DNA of 64,000 bases from NCBI RefSeq assembly GCF_009914755.1, contig NC_060926.1. The stretch is one strand, 5' to 3'. A model generated the notes under the pieces. That model was not told where the DNA came from. It made no database searches and saw only the letters and a list, made by a program, of their open reading frames with translations. Shown piece by piece: positions 24,096-38,045 of this stretch; position 1 is the first letter of the stretch, and each line of letters begins with the position of its first letter. Source of the stretch: the human T2T-CHM13v2.0 reference genome, Homo sapiens. A program made the translations under genes and the position numbers.

Positions 24096-24399
24096 TTTGT
24101 TTTGTTACTTGTTCCATGATAGTTTATGAATGATATGTACACAAGTGACCCTTGCATCTTCTATCGTCCTGTGCATTAGGTTGGGTTGTGGAGTTGATCA
24201 CAGCCTATCTTCTATAATCAGTATGCAGAAGACCATGGTATGACAACCTGGAGCTTGGAATTTGGATTATAATATCTTGTTATTGGAGATTTGGGAATTA
24301 TGAAATTCAGTACAATACCCAGAGTAAACTCTCTGGGCTGGGAAACAGACAAGGCTGTAATCTAATTAATTTTTATTTTCTGGATTGCAGATGTTTTGT

Positions 24400-24585
24400 T
24401 AGTTTTATCAGTCATGGTTTAAGTGTGTGACTTTGAAAAGATAATTAAGTTCCCTCCACCTCAAGTCCTTATCTATAAAATTACTCCCCTCATAAGGTCA
24501 ATGTGAGAATTAAATGCATTAATATCTCCAAATCGCTTATCATGGTCCCTGATGCATAGTAAGCTCACAGTAAATAGTGTGAGAT
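24400..24585 (+). mobile_element. MIR SINE fragment
   Basis: tgtgtgactttgaaaagataattaagttccctccacctcaagtccttatctataaaa..gtgagaattaaatg is the MIR core. Confidence 0.7.
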
Positions 24586-24894
24586 GTAATTATAATTTAT
24601 TATATTATTTTATTTAAAGATATTGGGGATTAGGGTTATAGAGACGAATGAAATGGCTGAAGAATGTCATTTAATGACACTGTCAATCTTTATAGCTTTG
24701 AGGGATCTTAGATGTGATTTATTATTTTTACCCCTTTAATAAATTACTTTTCAAGATTGCTCTGGAACTTCAAAATATTGGTATGTGTTCTAGATGCAGT
24801 GTGACCAAAATTTTGGCCGATGGACTTGAGTAGCTATAAAAATGTTTGTTACTGGTGCAAAATGAGATAAGAATAAAATTGAGAGTAATTTAAA

Positions 24895-25180
24895 ATATAT
24901 ATATATAATATATATAGAATATATATATATAATATATAGAATATATATATAATATATATAGAATATATATAGAATATATAGAATATATATATAATATATA
25001 TATAATATATATAGAATATATATATAATATATATAGAATATATATATAATATATATATAATATATATAGAATATATATATAATATATATAGAATATATAT
25101 AGAATATATATATATAATATATATATAATATATATATAATATATATAGAATATATATATATAATATATATAGAATATATA
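24895..25180. repeat. About 285-bp (TA)n-rich microsatellite interrupted by AA and GA
   Basis: Repeating atatatataatatatatagaat-type units. Confidence 0.97.
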
Positions 25181-26563
25181 GATAGAGGCTAAAATGCTCA
25201 GAGTCTGAGTAAAGCATTTGCTACCACTCTGCTGCTAAGGTGATGGGTGTTTTCAGCAAAAACGTGCGCTTTGCCTTAGCAAGTAAGAAATCAATTTTCT
25301 CCAGTATCTCCAAAGCATGCAGTTTCTCAATTCTTATAGCTCTTTTTAGATAGAATTCAACGGCCAATGTACCTTCTTCTTTCCAAGCACTAAATTAAAA
25401 CTCATTCTTCCTATGTTCAAAAATAGAATTAGAATGTTTTACTAAGGAAAGTAGATATGAAAATTATAACTTAGGCTATATAAATGGATTGAAACTGTAA
25501 ATCCTAGAGTTCTTATTTAGAGGACCCAGGGAGAGGTCATTCAATGCCTTTTCTGAAATGAAGTCCTCAGAGAACTAAGTTCCAGCTCTACCTTACTTAT
25601 CTTATGAAATCTAATCCCATATTTCTCATTTTTTAAAGGACACTTTTACTTGGAATTCTCATCAATGTATCAAAGTCATGTCAATGAATTTCAGGAATGC
25701 TGTATCATATTAAGGTGATGGTTAGTCTCTGATGGATCTGTAAGATGAAGGCATTAATAACTGGTAATAATGGCTGAAGTTTTTCAAAGGAGTGAAATTA
25801 ATGCTCAGTAATAATGTATCAGAGAATATGGAAATGGAAACTCTGAATGTGAACAAGATGCAGTTACTGTCTGCCATCATTGGGAGAATAACCCTTTTTT
25901 CAAGCAGAATATTCCCTACCCAGAATGCTAACTTAATAAGTTATTAAGGGTTATCACTAATTCCTGATGAGGGATAGCAGACACCAAAATTTTCTGTATA
26001 CCCTTTATTGGTGGTTGTAAATAATCTTGAATAGTAAATGCTCTAATTATAGGTATATTTATAGTCATAATTACAGACACAGTTATAATTGCCATATATT
26101 CATAATTATGATTACATTTATGATTATAGTTACATTTATAGCTCTTGTTAAACTTCCAACTTCATGCCAGAAGGATCTGTAACTTTAACCACTGAAGCCC
26201 CAGCACTGAGCTCAGCAGCTAGAATGCAGTAAGATTTTCACAGACAAATATTGAATAAGATAGGAGCTATCTTTACCAAATTAACTGAATTATTCTTGCT
26301 ATGTAATTCCATCATTCTCTAGAATGAAAAGTCACCTGGAAATATTAAGGAAATGTTGATACCCCAACAAAATGAATCCTAACTAACCACTTTAGTTCTG
26401 AGTTCTGGTGCTCCAAATGGGCATAGCCAGATAAACATTGTTAGATAAATGGAAGTTATCAAAATCTATATTTCATGAGATGCTACATTTTTATCCTAAA
26501 AATTTGATTTTTATACCACTAGAGCATTTTATAAATCATTCAAAATGTTTAAATTAACAAATC

Positions 26564-26632
26564 ACAACACTAATAGAAATATCTACATACATATCTTTGA
26601 ACAACACTAATAGAAATATCTACATACATATC
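26564..26632. repeat. Perfect 32-bp direct duplication with a 5-bp spacer
   Basis: acaacactaatagaaatatctacatacatatc at 26564-26595 and 26601-26632. Confidence 0.93.
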
Positions 26633-27994
26633 ATTGATTAATTGGTATATATTAAGGTTTCTCAATGTGTGTCAATATCCACAGGCACAATCATATGTGC
26701 ATATTTGTGATTTGTTGGTAGCTACTTAAATATGTTTATACATTAATGGGTCCATGTTAATCTTTGAACATAGTGAAAATTCTGCCCATCTGTATTCCCA
26801 AGGATGTTGTTAGAAGGCAACGTACCTCCTCAGGACAGTTCTACAACAGAGTGCCTGGGTGCAATTTCTGGGACATCATTCTAAGTTGTTTCAAAAATTA
26901 TCTACAAAGCCATTTGACTCAATATAAGGCAGTAGTTTTAAAGAAAATGATATGAATCTAGGAATTCAGAATGGGCTGACCTCACAGAGATCAGATGCAA
27001 GTAAGTTTTGGAATAGGAAATAGGAAGATAAGGTATAGGAGAAGGAGAATGCTGTGTGCCAAAAGTTGTCCTGACATCAAGTCATTTTCAACAGCATCAA
27101 TGTAAGAATTTAAATTTCTCATACCCACACACATTGTAAACTTCCCAGCACTCCATGATATCTCAAGCATATGTCTTCCTAATAGCCAGTATCTCTTTAT
27201 CTAATATATGTATAATCTTACTTAATTCATTTTACAGGGGTAAATCTCACTCTGCAAACTGGGTGGTGACAAAGAAATATCACATTACTTTATTTTAATC
27301 GAATCAAAGAAATCTGACACTGAAACTTCATTTTATCAGAACAACAGAGCATCTACACTCAGTCATTTTTAGGGGCACTTTACCTTTCCTGAAGTTACAT
27401 ATATGTCCCTCACCCACCAGCTGGCTATTGATATCTTTCTTATCCAAGGGGCTGTGCCACTTTCATTATGAGCTTGAGCACAAAATTATGATCCCACCTC
27501 TGGGGTGCACCTTGCAAACAAATTCTTGCACTTCCCAGGGCATGCCTCCCCACCAGGGGCCTGGACCTGCACATAGGTCTCCATGCTCAGAGAATTTGAA
27601 GATCTCAGTTCCCACCTTGTCTCTAGAAATCCATGGCATTTCCACTTCTGTCAATGTCCTTTCCTCCATAAGCATGAATCCCTGAGTCTCATCAGACCAG
27701 CCCACTCCTGCCAGGCCAGAATCCCAAAAGGGCCCATTTATCTTCTTGAGAGGAAGGAAAAAGCACCACTGTAAGAATAAAATACATACACATTAATATT
27801 TCAGTAAATTATCTTCCCACATTGCAATTTATCACATGGATAAGGAGAAGAGTCATTCCTCACATTTTCTGGCAATAAGGCAGTGAGAAGTCCCCTCAAA
27901 ATACATCTTTTTACCTGAAATTATTCACGAGAAGGGGAAAAATACCTCTTTCTAGGACTTTATCTACACCACAAAAGCTTTTAACCAACAGAAA

Positions 27995-28249
27995 AAGGGG
28001 AACATCACACTCCGGGGACTCCTGTGGGGTGGGGAGAGGGGGGGAGGGATGGCATTTGCAGATATACCTAATGCTAAATGACGAGTTAATGGGTGCAGCA
28101 CACCAACACGGCACATGTATGCATATGTAACAAACCTGCACATTGTGCACATGTACCCTAAAACTTAAAGTATAACAATAAAATAAAATAAAATAAAAAA
28201 TTAAAAAATTAAAAATAATTAATTAATTAATTTTAAAAAAAAGAAAAAG
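27995..28249 (+). mobile_element. 5'-truncated L1PA (primate L1) 3' UTR with A-rich tail
   Basis: ggggaacatcacac..ggggtggggagaggggggagggat..gggtgcagcacacca..gtaccctaaaacttaaagtataa; possible TSD agaaaaag. Confidence 0.95.
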
Positions 28250-29139
28250 AGCACAATTAGATAAACCAAGGTATTCAGCCTTTAGTACATTTTGGTTCTT
28301 CACTTATCCTAGTTAAGGCTACTAGTTAGGAAAGATAAAAAGAGGAAGCAAGAAACAGACTTAAGAGGCCATAACTTTTTATCCAAGTCTCTCTATATTA
28401 AGTGTTAACTATATTAGTAGTAATTCTTCACCTAATTATCATATGTGGGTTTTATAATATGAATATTATTTTGATATATATTTATATCATTATTTTCTGA
28501 TTTTTTTGGTAGAATAAAAGAAGGAGTGCTTTCTTATATTTAGAGAGTATTGCTGAATATACAGGGTGATAAAAATTCTATTTTACTGGAGCAACTAATA
28601 AAAACATATGTTGATATATGGGTTGAATACAATCAACCTGGTACTTGAACTTGGGATACAGATATGTCTCTATGCATTTGTGGATATTGGGTGTTTTCAG
28701 TTAAACAAACTATATTTAATTTTATCCTGGAATAGAGCTGTGGTTTGTCAACTTTTCCAGTGACAACGACAAATTGGAGGAACACAGCCACTACAAAATT
28801 GCTACTTACTAAACTCCTTGTCAATTCACTTCTGCATTCTTTGAAAAGAGTGATTTCATAGCCTTTTCTCTACAGCCCTTATGCCCTCTATAAAATAAAT
28901 ACCCTCCTAAATGGTCACATCTGCTTACTTTTGGCCCACAAAATGCTTAGTCAATGAAATAAGCCACCATAGCTACTTTGCTCACTTGACATTAAATCAA
29001 ATTTTGTGGCAAAGGAACACTGAAGACCAAATTGTGTGTGCTATTCATATAACTTGTATTGCTTCAGAAGTCATTTAATTTCCCCAAGGTCTTTAAGAGC
29101 AGTTATTTTCTCTTTTCTAAAAAATTTATTTATTTATTT

Positions 29140-29700
29140 ATTCCTTTTACTTACTCATTTAGCAAATATTTATTAGATGCTTACTATATGCCAGGCACTG
29201 TGTTGTAGATACAAAGATTAATAAGGTCACAGTCCCTGCTCTTAAAGAGCATACAATGTATTATTGGAGACAAATATAACTAAAAAATGACAAACACAAT
29301 GTAGTTAAAGGGATGAAGATGGAAGGTCATAGCAGGAAAACATAAAAGTGTGATCAATTCTGCTAGGGCCTGGGGAGGTCTGGATAGGTTTTACAGAAAA
29401 GAACATTCTCAAGCAGGGCCTGAAAAATGAATTTCTCAGGCAGCAAATGGGAAAGGAATTTTGCTATTAACAGATTCACATCACAATTAGAGTTGTATAA
29501 TTCTGTTAGAATGGAAGAAAAAGATGAAATGGAAAGTGTTGATGGATGAGGTTGAAGAGATAAACAGATGAAAGAAATCCTTCGATATATAAAGCTAAGG
29601 AGTTCAGATAGTGTCATACAAGAGGTAGAACATGATTGGAGGATTTGAAGTGTAATGCAATGTAATTTCTATTTTTTAGAAGATTATTCTCACTATGGAG
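29140..29700 (-). mobile_element. L2 LINE fragment
   Basis: tcatttagcaaatatttattagatgcttactatatgccaggcactgtg is the reverse-complemented L2 3' end. Confidence 0.75.
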
Positions 29701-30668
29701 TGAAGTTTGTGGCCAATTTAGAGTAAGACAAGTGTCCAAAGTCTTAAATTGAGTGAGATTTTCCTAATGTTTACTTTTCTGCTAACTTTCTATGAAATGT
29801 AACATTGTTATATACTTTTTCTCAATATAACTCTCCTACTGTAGATTGTATAAATCACTCTGGTTGAAGTCTCACCTTGTATCTATGTGTGTTACTTCTT
29901 ATTTCCATTCAGTGGTTCATTTAATATTAATATCAAGAAATAAGAAGACCTTAAGGAAAGTAGTAATAATGGAAATTTTAAATATTAGAAAATACAAATA
30001 AGAAGTTATTGTTTATCTTTATGAGAATCAAGTAAATGAGTGGCAGAAATTAGTTGTATTATATCTAAGTAATTGGCATAATTTTGACCTTTGTTTTTTA
30101 AAAATATTTCAGCTTTCAAAATTGGCTTTTAGATAATGAAACAATAAAAAGAACAATTTAATTGTGTAGTCAGACATATTTTTATAGAGACATTCTTGTT
30201 TTTCTTTTACATTGCAAACAAGGATATGATCCAGGGAAGAATTAATAAGTTCTATATTTTGTTTGCATTTTATCTATTGCATGTGTTTTTCAAGAGAACT
30301 ATATATAATCAAAGACATTTAGTTATTGTAATTATAGCAGAGATTATCAGAAATATATTAATTACTTTAAACAATCCCTAAACGTCATTGCCAATTGTTA
30401 ATTGTGATTACCTAATGCAGATTACATCCAAATAAGGAACATTTGGCCCTATGTAATAGCATATACAAATGGTAGTATGCATATTATGAGAACAGAAATA
30501 ATGAACAGTTAACTTTGACTGCAGGTCTGACTTTAATAAATGCATCTGAGAAGACAAAAAAATGTTGCTAAAGATTTTTAGAATGCTCATTTAACATCCT
30601 TCTTTATTCTAGTTTGAAGTAAAGTTACCAAGCACAGGATGATTACTTGTGTGATACAATATGGCCAC

Positions 30669-31311
30669 TGCACTGGTTTGAGCAGAGGTGGTGTCCTCTC
30701 CAAAACTCGTGTTGAAACTTAATTTCCAATGCAGTAGTATTGAGAATTGTGATTAGGAGATAATTAAATGATCAGGGCTCTGCCCTCCTGAATGGTATTA
30801 GCACCTTATAAAAGGGCACAAAACCAATATGGTGTTCTTTAAAAATGCTAAGACAGTGGATATAAAGTGTTCTCATCATAAAAATAATAGCTATGTGAGG
30901 TAATGCATATGTTAATTAGCAAGATTCAGTCATTCCATAACATATACATACCTGAAAACATCCTGTAATACACAGGAGATACAATTTCTTATGTCAATAT
31001 AAAAATTAAAATGTAAAAATTAATAAATCAATTAACAATTGCAAAAATAAAAATGGGCTCAAGAGGTTCAAGTTTGAAAGGAGTGCTCGCTTATCCTTCT
31101 GTCCCTCATGCATATAGGACACCATGTTTCTCTTCTCAGGAGGATGTAGCAACAGAGTCATCTTTGAAACAGAGCAGCCCTCACCAGACGTCAAAGCCAG
31201 TGCATCAGTGTTGCACTTTACAGCCTTCAAAAGGGAAAAAATAGATTTCTGTTCTCTTTAAATTACCTAGTCTATGATATTCTGTTATAGCAACACAAAT
31301 GAACTAAGACA
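30669..31311 (+). mobile_element. MST/MLT1A-like MaLR solo LTR interrupted by an L1MA 3' end
   Basis: tggtttga..ccaaaactcgtgttgaaacttaat..ctctgccctcctgaatgg; ends gttatagcaacacaaatgaactaagaca. Confidence 0.85.
30818..31053 (+). mobile_element. L1MA 3' UTR fragment nested in the MaLR LTR
   Basis: aaatgctaagacagtggat..tgttctcatcataaaaata..ctatgtgaggtaatgcatatgttaattagc; flanked by ataaaagggc / ataaaaatgggc (likely TSD). Confidence 0.85.
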
Positions 31312-32439
31312 GTAACTTTATGAATTTGTTTCACTGGCCTTTCATAAATTTAGAACTTATAAAAGAAAACAAGAAGAAAGATTTGACTAAGTAAAATTGT
31401 GAAACTTTAACAACAAAATATTAAATTAATAAATGACATATGGATTCAAACTACAGCCAATAAAATTATTAGCAATCAAATATTTAATGAATAAAATCTG
31501 TTAAAAAGACAAACACCCTAACTGAAATATGCAGTCATGAAAATATCAATTCCAAAAATAGACTTCTTTAATATGGTCAACAAAAATATTCAAATAATTA
31601 ATAATCAATGATATCAAGCTAACATTTGTTTATAAGATTTACAAAGCTGTGAAAGAATGATGTGATGTACTCTTAGTGACTAAACACCCAAATGGTTGGA
31701 TTAGAAATTGGTACAGCTTTTCTGGAGGGTATTTTGATAGTAAATGTCAAAGACTGAAGAATCCCCAAATCTCTTAATTACCAATTTTATGTTTGATAAT
31801 TCATCTTAAAATAATTTTAAAACTGCCTAAAATATATTAAAAGAAATGTCTATGACCATATTACTTATATGCAAGAAAAAAAAGCCTAAGAAAGCCATGT
31901 AAATTTTGTATATTAGATTATTGAATTGTGTCCTACAATGAATAAATAATACGGCAGGTATCTACCAGTTTTAGTTTTTAGGGTTGTTGCTATTTCTTGT
32001 TACTAAAGAAAACTGGCTACCAAGTTATATAATGGCAAAATGTCCTTCTAAAACTTAATACAAGCAAATTTGCATCTGAAGACAAAAATTTTGCTACAGT
32101 CTAAAATACAAAAAATGTTTATATTCATATTGTAAGATTATTGAAGCTTTTTCTTTATTTCCTTTTTCTTACTTGTATTTTTATTATTTTTATGATGATT
32201 ATAGAATATTGGCAAATTTGAAAAAACACCAAAAATCAAAACATCTCCCTTCCCCTAAAAAAAAAAAGAAAAAGAAAGTAAAAGACAAACAGTATACATT
32301 GGGCCACAGTGAGGAGGAAGAAATATATACTGAGGAGGAAAATGCTATACCCAAAATGATGGAGGCATTTTTAAGAACATTTTGGAAAATATCAATGTAA
32401 AATAGAGAAAAGTAAATCAAAATGATTATGCTAGAGACC

Positions 32440-33060
32440 ACAAAGCCAGATTAAAAAAATCATCAATATTACTCAGAGTTAGAATGTATTAATATTATAG
32501 CAGCGACTTGAAAAATATGCCATTTACGAAAAGCTATAGAGTGGCTTGTGATTAGGAATGTTCTCATTTACCAATAAGAAAGAAAAGGTGACAGTAGTCA
32601 GAAATGGTATTTTGCAGACAATGAGAGCTTTGAAAAGGGAAGTTTACAAGGGCAAAGGATCAGAGTGCCCATGCAAACTTTGTGAGGGGAGAGTGCAACA
32701 AGACTTTAGGATGGAATGGATTGCTGCCTGTCATGGATACTCTAGCCATACTACTGTACATTAGTGAGAGTGGGAAAGGATGATAGCTACAGTAAAGAGA
32801 TAACACATAAAAAGGGAATTAAATCAATTCCTAGTTTGGCTCAAGTTGAAGGAACAATAAATAAAAGTTAAATACTTTAGTATAAATAGGATATTTCAAA
32901 AAGTTAGCTCTTATATACAGCGCAATGAACTGCTTTTTGAGATTGTGATTTTCCTCTTGGTGAGTTTGCTCCAGTAAGATAGAGGAATGTATATTATTGG
33001 TATTGCTGCATAATTCTTTGTTAGATTAGAAAATGTATTCCATAATTTCTACCTTCTCTT
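32440..33060 (+). mobile_element. Possible CR1/L3 LINE 3' fragment (very old)
   Basis: Weak resemblance to the L3 3' region (gcaatgaactgctttttgagattgtgattttcctctt). Confidence 0.35.
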
Positions 33061-33230
33061 CAAATTTGAAAATTAATACATTCCATAAAGCACATATAGA
33101 AAAAATTCCAACCTTAACTTGAACTAGAAGCAAAACTTTCTTAGCTCAATTTGAAAAAGCATAAAAATCCACTACAGTAAGGTAAATGGATGATGAAGTA
33201 TCTTATTTATCCTGTTAGGAAGAGCTAGAG

Positions 33231-33710
33231 CAGTGCTGTACAATAGAAATATAACTTGAGCCAGAATGTAATGATAAATTTTCCAATAGCTCCATTAAGA
33301 AACAGGTAAAATTAATTTTTATTGTATATATTATTTATCCCTATGTATCTAGCCTATTGTCAATTCAATAACTAATCAATAACAGAAACTATTAATGACC
33401 TATTTCACATTTTCTTCAGCTTCTGGTGTATATTTTATACTTAGAGAACATCTTCATTTAAACACTAATTTTTAATGGGAATACTTGATCCATATGTGGA
33501 TTCATAAATTTACATTTGAAAAAGTAGATTCACATAACCAAGTTGTTCTAAACGAAGTGTTCCATTGGCTGAATTATTAGTTTTCTAAAGTTAAACTTTA
33601 AACAATTAAAACTAAATAAAATTTAAAATTCAGGTCTTCAGCTGCACTAGCCCAATTTCACGTACTAGGTTACCATGTGTGGCTAGTAGCTACTTCATTA
33701 GACAAAACAA
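33231..33710. mobile_element. hAT-Charlie DNA transposon (MER33/MER3-related)
   Basis: cagtgctgtacaatagaaatataa terminus and catgtgtggctagtagctac..gaca terminus; about 8-bp TSD (ag/ta)ctagag. Confidence 0.85.
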
Positions 33711-34029
33711 TACTAGAGGAGGCTGATACCTAAATTACTGGATAAAGCAATGAGAATTTGCCTTGGTGGAATTATGATGAAAGTATTGAAAAGAAGAATA
33801 TTTGTAGAGTGGGGCTGAGATGGGAGTTATAGTCATGAGACATTATTACAGGGAAAACCTAACTTCTTTCCACTCTCAAAACATGTTAGTTTAGCTCTTT
33901 CATTCTCTTTTATCTTTGGATGCTTTATATTTATTTTGAGAATATATTTACCTTGTCCATATTTTCTATACACAATCTTTAAGAGCCCTGACTTTGTTAT
34001 GTATTTTACCTAAAGACAAATATAAAAAT

Positions 34030-34200
34030 AGTTATTATTTATCTAGCACTGTGTGGCCTTTATTTCATTTAATATTCATAACCAACCTGTGAAGTGCAAT
34101 GTAAGAAAATGGCAGCAAAGCAAGGTTAAGTAGCTTACGGTCACACAGCTAGACAGAACTAGAACTAGATATCAAACCCAGGTCATTCTGACACTTAAAC
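34030..34200 (-). mobile_element. MIR SINE
   Basis: aggttaagtagcttacggtcacacagcta..tcaaacccaggtc. Confidence 0.7.
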
Positions 34201-35019
34201 ATGCTTACTAGACTCTTGATAAATATTATATTATGTTAGCCAGTGCAGACCTTTAATCAGCCCTGGGCCACTAAAGATAGAAGAGTAGATGAGCTCCTGG
34301 AGGACACCCACTAAAACTCACTCTATTCATAACGCTGCAAGTGGTGTTTATTGCCCACATAAAGGAATGCAACTGAGGGATGGGAGGTATGGTTTGGAAG
34401 TGTTTATAAAACCAATTCCTAAGCTTGCACCACAGTATTAGAGAAGTAACTGAAAAGTATCACCTAGCCAGTTATCTCATTATATTTCCCTGAAAATAAA
34501 TCTCAAGACAAAAATAATCACAAGCTGACTTCTTTGCAGGAGAAATTTTTTAAAAACTGTATGCTATATATTGATCCTCTGGTTTTTCCTTTGGTAAATT
34601 AGATTTGCCTACAAAAATTAGCATTGCAATTGTATCAATAAGACAATAAAAATAACATTGTCTTCTCTTCTGTTTTTGTCCTGAGCCCAAAAAGCCAGCT
34701 GGAGATTTTCTTTGGAAATATGCTGCTAGTTATATATTTGTATTTTAAGAATCAATTCATTTTATTGGGTTTTGCCTAGGATCAACCTCAGAAGGGGACA
34801 CTGTAGGGGTAAGGTGGAGGTAAGATTTGCAAAGTCCAGATGAGGTTTGAGTCACATGAATGAAAAGCAAGTCCTAATTTAACCGTGCAGGTTGGAGTCT
34901 GCTCTATGATCAAGTGGACCATTTGGAGAAGTGAATACTAGTAATATGTCGTCGAATTATTACAATAATGTCACCATTAACAAATTCATAGAGCAAAATT
35001 GAAAAGAGGACTTTCTAGT

Positions 35020-35565
35020 TGACTTTCAAAATGTATCCGAATGTGTAATGAATCTGGTCATTTCTTTCCTATTCCACATTTGTCGCTTTAGTCTAAGTCA
35101 CTCTTATCTGGTGAATGGCCTCCTTTGGGTCTCCTTGATCCCATTGTTGCCCTGTTCTTCCCCTTTTCCACACAAACAAAATTATGGAAATGCAAATTGG
35201 ATCAGGTTTTGTCCCAGCTTAAAACTTTTGCAAAAGTTTTTGATTATACTAAGAAAAATATTGAAGCTTACTAGCTGTAAAGCCCCCATGTACTTTTCAG
35301 ACTTTACCTTTTTTCTTAATTGACTTATCATTTATCTTACTTAAATTATTATTCTGACTTTTGAATACATCTAACTGGTTCCCATTTTGGGACCTTTGCA
35401 CTTGCCATTATTCATAATTGAACCAACCTATTTCCCATTTTCATGCACCTCTTTCTTCCTATTAGTAAGTTGCAGTTGAAATGCCACCTCCTTAGATTCT
35501 GTCTGTCTTATTCATCACTAAATACCCTAGTAGGTGGCTAAAAATATTCAGTGACAGACTGGCCA
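35020..35565 (+). mobile_element. L2 LINE fragment
   Basis: ggacctttgcacttgcc..gttgcagttgaaatgccacctcctt..gtcttattcatcac; pyrimidine-rich L2 body. Confidence 0.6.
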
Positions 35566-35624
35566 AATGATAGAGTTATTTTAATAAAAATATACTGTAC
35601 AATAGTAAAGCTGATACATTTATA

Positions 35625-35628
<4 letters not shown>

Positions 35629-35661
<33 letters not shown>
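35629..35661. repeat. (TA)n microsatellite
   Basis: Directly visible. Confidence 0.95.
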
Positions 35662-35789
35662 CTAATTTAATGTTTTAAAAATCTACTGGGCTTATCAAAA
35701 ATATTATTGGGTCAGATGATATGAGTAGTTTTTTATAAATGAATTTAAGACGTTTCTCTCCCCTAATGGTATGTTGGATCTTGACTGCA

Positions 35790-36382
35790 AGAGCTCATTA
35801 TAAAATTTTTAGAATTTTTGTGAAATTATTAAAAAGATATTATTAAAAATTAAATTATATAAACTTATTGTTAAACAAATGATGTTAAGAAACAAAGATA
35901 ATAAGCACTCAAAACTCACTCATACTTAATCTCTTTATACCTTTTACTATAATCCAGGCCAGTGTTCAGCAAATGTTTTAAGTATAGGGCCGAAGAGTAA
36001 ATATTTTTGGCTTTGCGAGCTATATCATCTCTGTCACAACTACTCGACTCTGTCCTTCCCATGTAAAAGCAGCCACAGTCACTGCACAAATGAATGAGGA
36101 AGGCAGTATTCAATGTAGCAAGTCAGGTTTGGCTCAGAACCTGTCATTTGCTGACACTCCTCTCTAGATTCTTTGCTTCTCTCATATACATATAACGGAG
36201 AGGCTTTAAAATGATGTTCTAATGTGCATTTTCTCCCCAAATCCACATTCAGAGATTTCATATTAGTAGCTTGCAATTTGCCATGGAGGGAGTATTTATA
36301 CCATTGAACTTAGCAATGCTACTACTCAGATCTTCTAATTCTCTCTCAGAAAGCTGGTTGTTAAACATTTACCAGCACACCA
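35790..36382. mobile_element. MER63-like (hAT-Blackjack) DNA transposon with nested MER58
   Basis: attattaaaaattaaattatataaactta.. and the terminus gctggttgttaaacatttaccagcacac. Confidence 0.65.
35960..36162. mobile_element. MER58A-like hAT-Charlie element
   Basis: cagtgttcagcaaa..gggcc..agtaaatatttttggctttgcgagc..tctctgtcacaactactcgactctg..aaagcagccacag..tttgctgac. Confidence 0.8.
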
Positions 36383-36394
36383 AGCTTACCCCAG

Positions 36395-36862
36395 TCAAGA
36401 AAAACAACAACAACGTTATTGAAGCACTTGTTAAAGATGGCAAGGCAGACTTTATTCGGGGAGGGGGGCGGTCATGGCACTATGTACAGGAACCACTACA
36501 GTGGGGTCTTGCAGCAAGGGAGAGAGATTGGACTCAATTCTGACTTCAACAAGGACAGGTGGAGTTTTATAACCAAGGAGCATGATTGGGGGTCAGTGGA
36601 TGGAAAATTGCTAAAAGGAAACACCAAGGATAAGAGGTTCCTCGCTAAACTGACTTGATATGATTACTGCTGAAGGTAGGCCACGATGATAAGACTCCAA
36701 GTCAGATATCAAGCGTGGGGGGTTTTGCTAAGCTGACTTAACAGGATTCTTGCTCAAACTGGATTCTACAAGGATGGAGAGGGAAGACCAAAGACTCCAG
36801 TCCTAATCAATGAGATGATTTTAAAGGAGTCTGACTGTACTTTTGGTTAAAGAGGCTTTTAT
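36395..36862 (-). mobile_element. ERV solo LTR (family uncertain)
   Basis: Reverse-complemented polyA signal (ctttatt) near the start; internal repeated gctaa(a/g)ctgactt..gatt motifs typical of a recalled ERV LTR. Confidence 0.65.
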
Positions 36863-37149
36863 TACTGCCTCCTATTCCCCCACCCCCACCACCATAGAGC
36901 TCGTTGGTAAAACTTGAAACAAGAATATACCACACTCATAAGAAGTCTGTTTCTCTCAGGACATCTGTTGTGCTGTCAAATATCAGGATCTGACAGGAAC
37001 AGGGAAGACTTCCCTTTCCTCTTAGGTTACAACACAGCTGCACATTTGGAGAGTTTTACAAATATATAAAAATAGCATATTATGTCAGTGATTAGAATAT
37101 GCTTAGCATCTCGACTTCACTCAGACTTTGCAATGTATAATCAATGTTA

Positions 37150-38045
37150 ATATTCAACAAATATTTATGGAACACCACTTATATACCAGGCAGTAGGCAT
37201 ATATCTGCATAAAAGTTGCGTTAGTAAATAAAATAGTGCTAAGATGAAAATATAGCCAACAGGAAGATATAAAATGCCAGCAGGTGGCTTGGGGTAAATT
37301 AAATTTTTAAATAGAATGCCCAGAAAGTGCCTTACTTTAAAGTAACATTTGAGCAAAGTCTTGAAAAAACTGAAGAAGGAATCTGTTTGTATAGGAGGAC
37401 AGTGGGAGAGGAAGGAAAGTTTTAGGCAGTGTGAGCAGGAAGTACAAATTCCTAATGTGGGAGCAGGTCACAGTGTTCCATCAACAAAGGGGCCAGTGGC
37501 TGGAGCAGAGGGAGTGAGGAGGAGGATTAAGGAGTCAGGGGGAACAGGGATGGAAGATTACACCAGGCATGTAGGCTATCAACGGGATTAGGGCTTCTCC
37601 ATCTAAGTTTGGACACCTGTGGAAAGTTCTGAGCAGAAGAGAAACTTGATCTGGATTCAAATTTAAAAGAATTATTGGAGAACTAGGACATGTGGGAAGG
37701 ATGGGATAGGTGAAGCAAGATTGCAAAATGTTGATAATTGTTGAAAGCTGGTGATGGATACATGGCAGCTCATTATATTTTTTCTCTCTGTTTTGTGGAA
37801 GTTTCAAAATTAAAAATGAAACAAAAGCAAAAAGAATATACTTTTAAAAAGGATTGTGTTATAAAATTGATTCTAGAGAATGATGTTTGCAAGATCAGTG
37901 GGAGGCTACTGCAGTCATACTGGCTAGAAATGGTTGTGTCTTAGACCAGATCAGTGAAAGTGGTGATAATTAAGACAGAGCCAGATTCTTGGCATATTTT
38001 AAAGGCACAGCCAGGAGTACTAACTAAAGAAATTAAATGTGTGAA
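37150..38045 (-). mobile_element. L2 LINE fragment with a nested L1ME-like 3' piece (about 37690-37830)
   Basis: attcaacaaatatttatggaacaccacttatataccaggca L2 end; gttgataattgttgaaagctggtgatggatacatgg L1M 3' motif. Confidence 0.75.

Noticed and set aside
24849-25217. 122-aa Ile/Tyr-rich ORF
   Set aside because: Translation of the TA microsatellite
27548-27565. CTCF-like motif ccaccaggggcc
   Set aside because: Imperfect match at a core position; expected by chance in 64 kb
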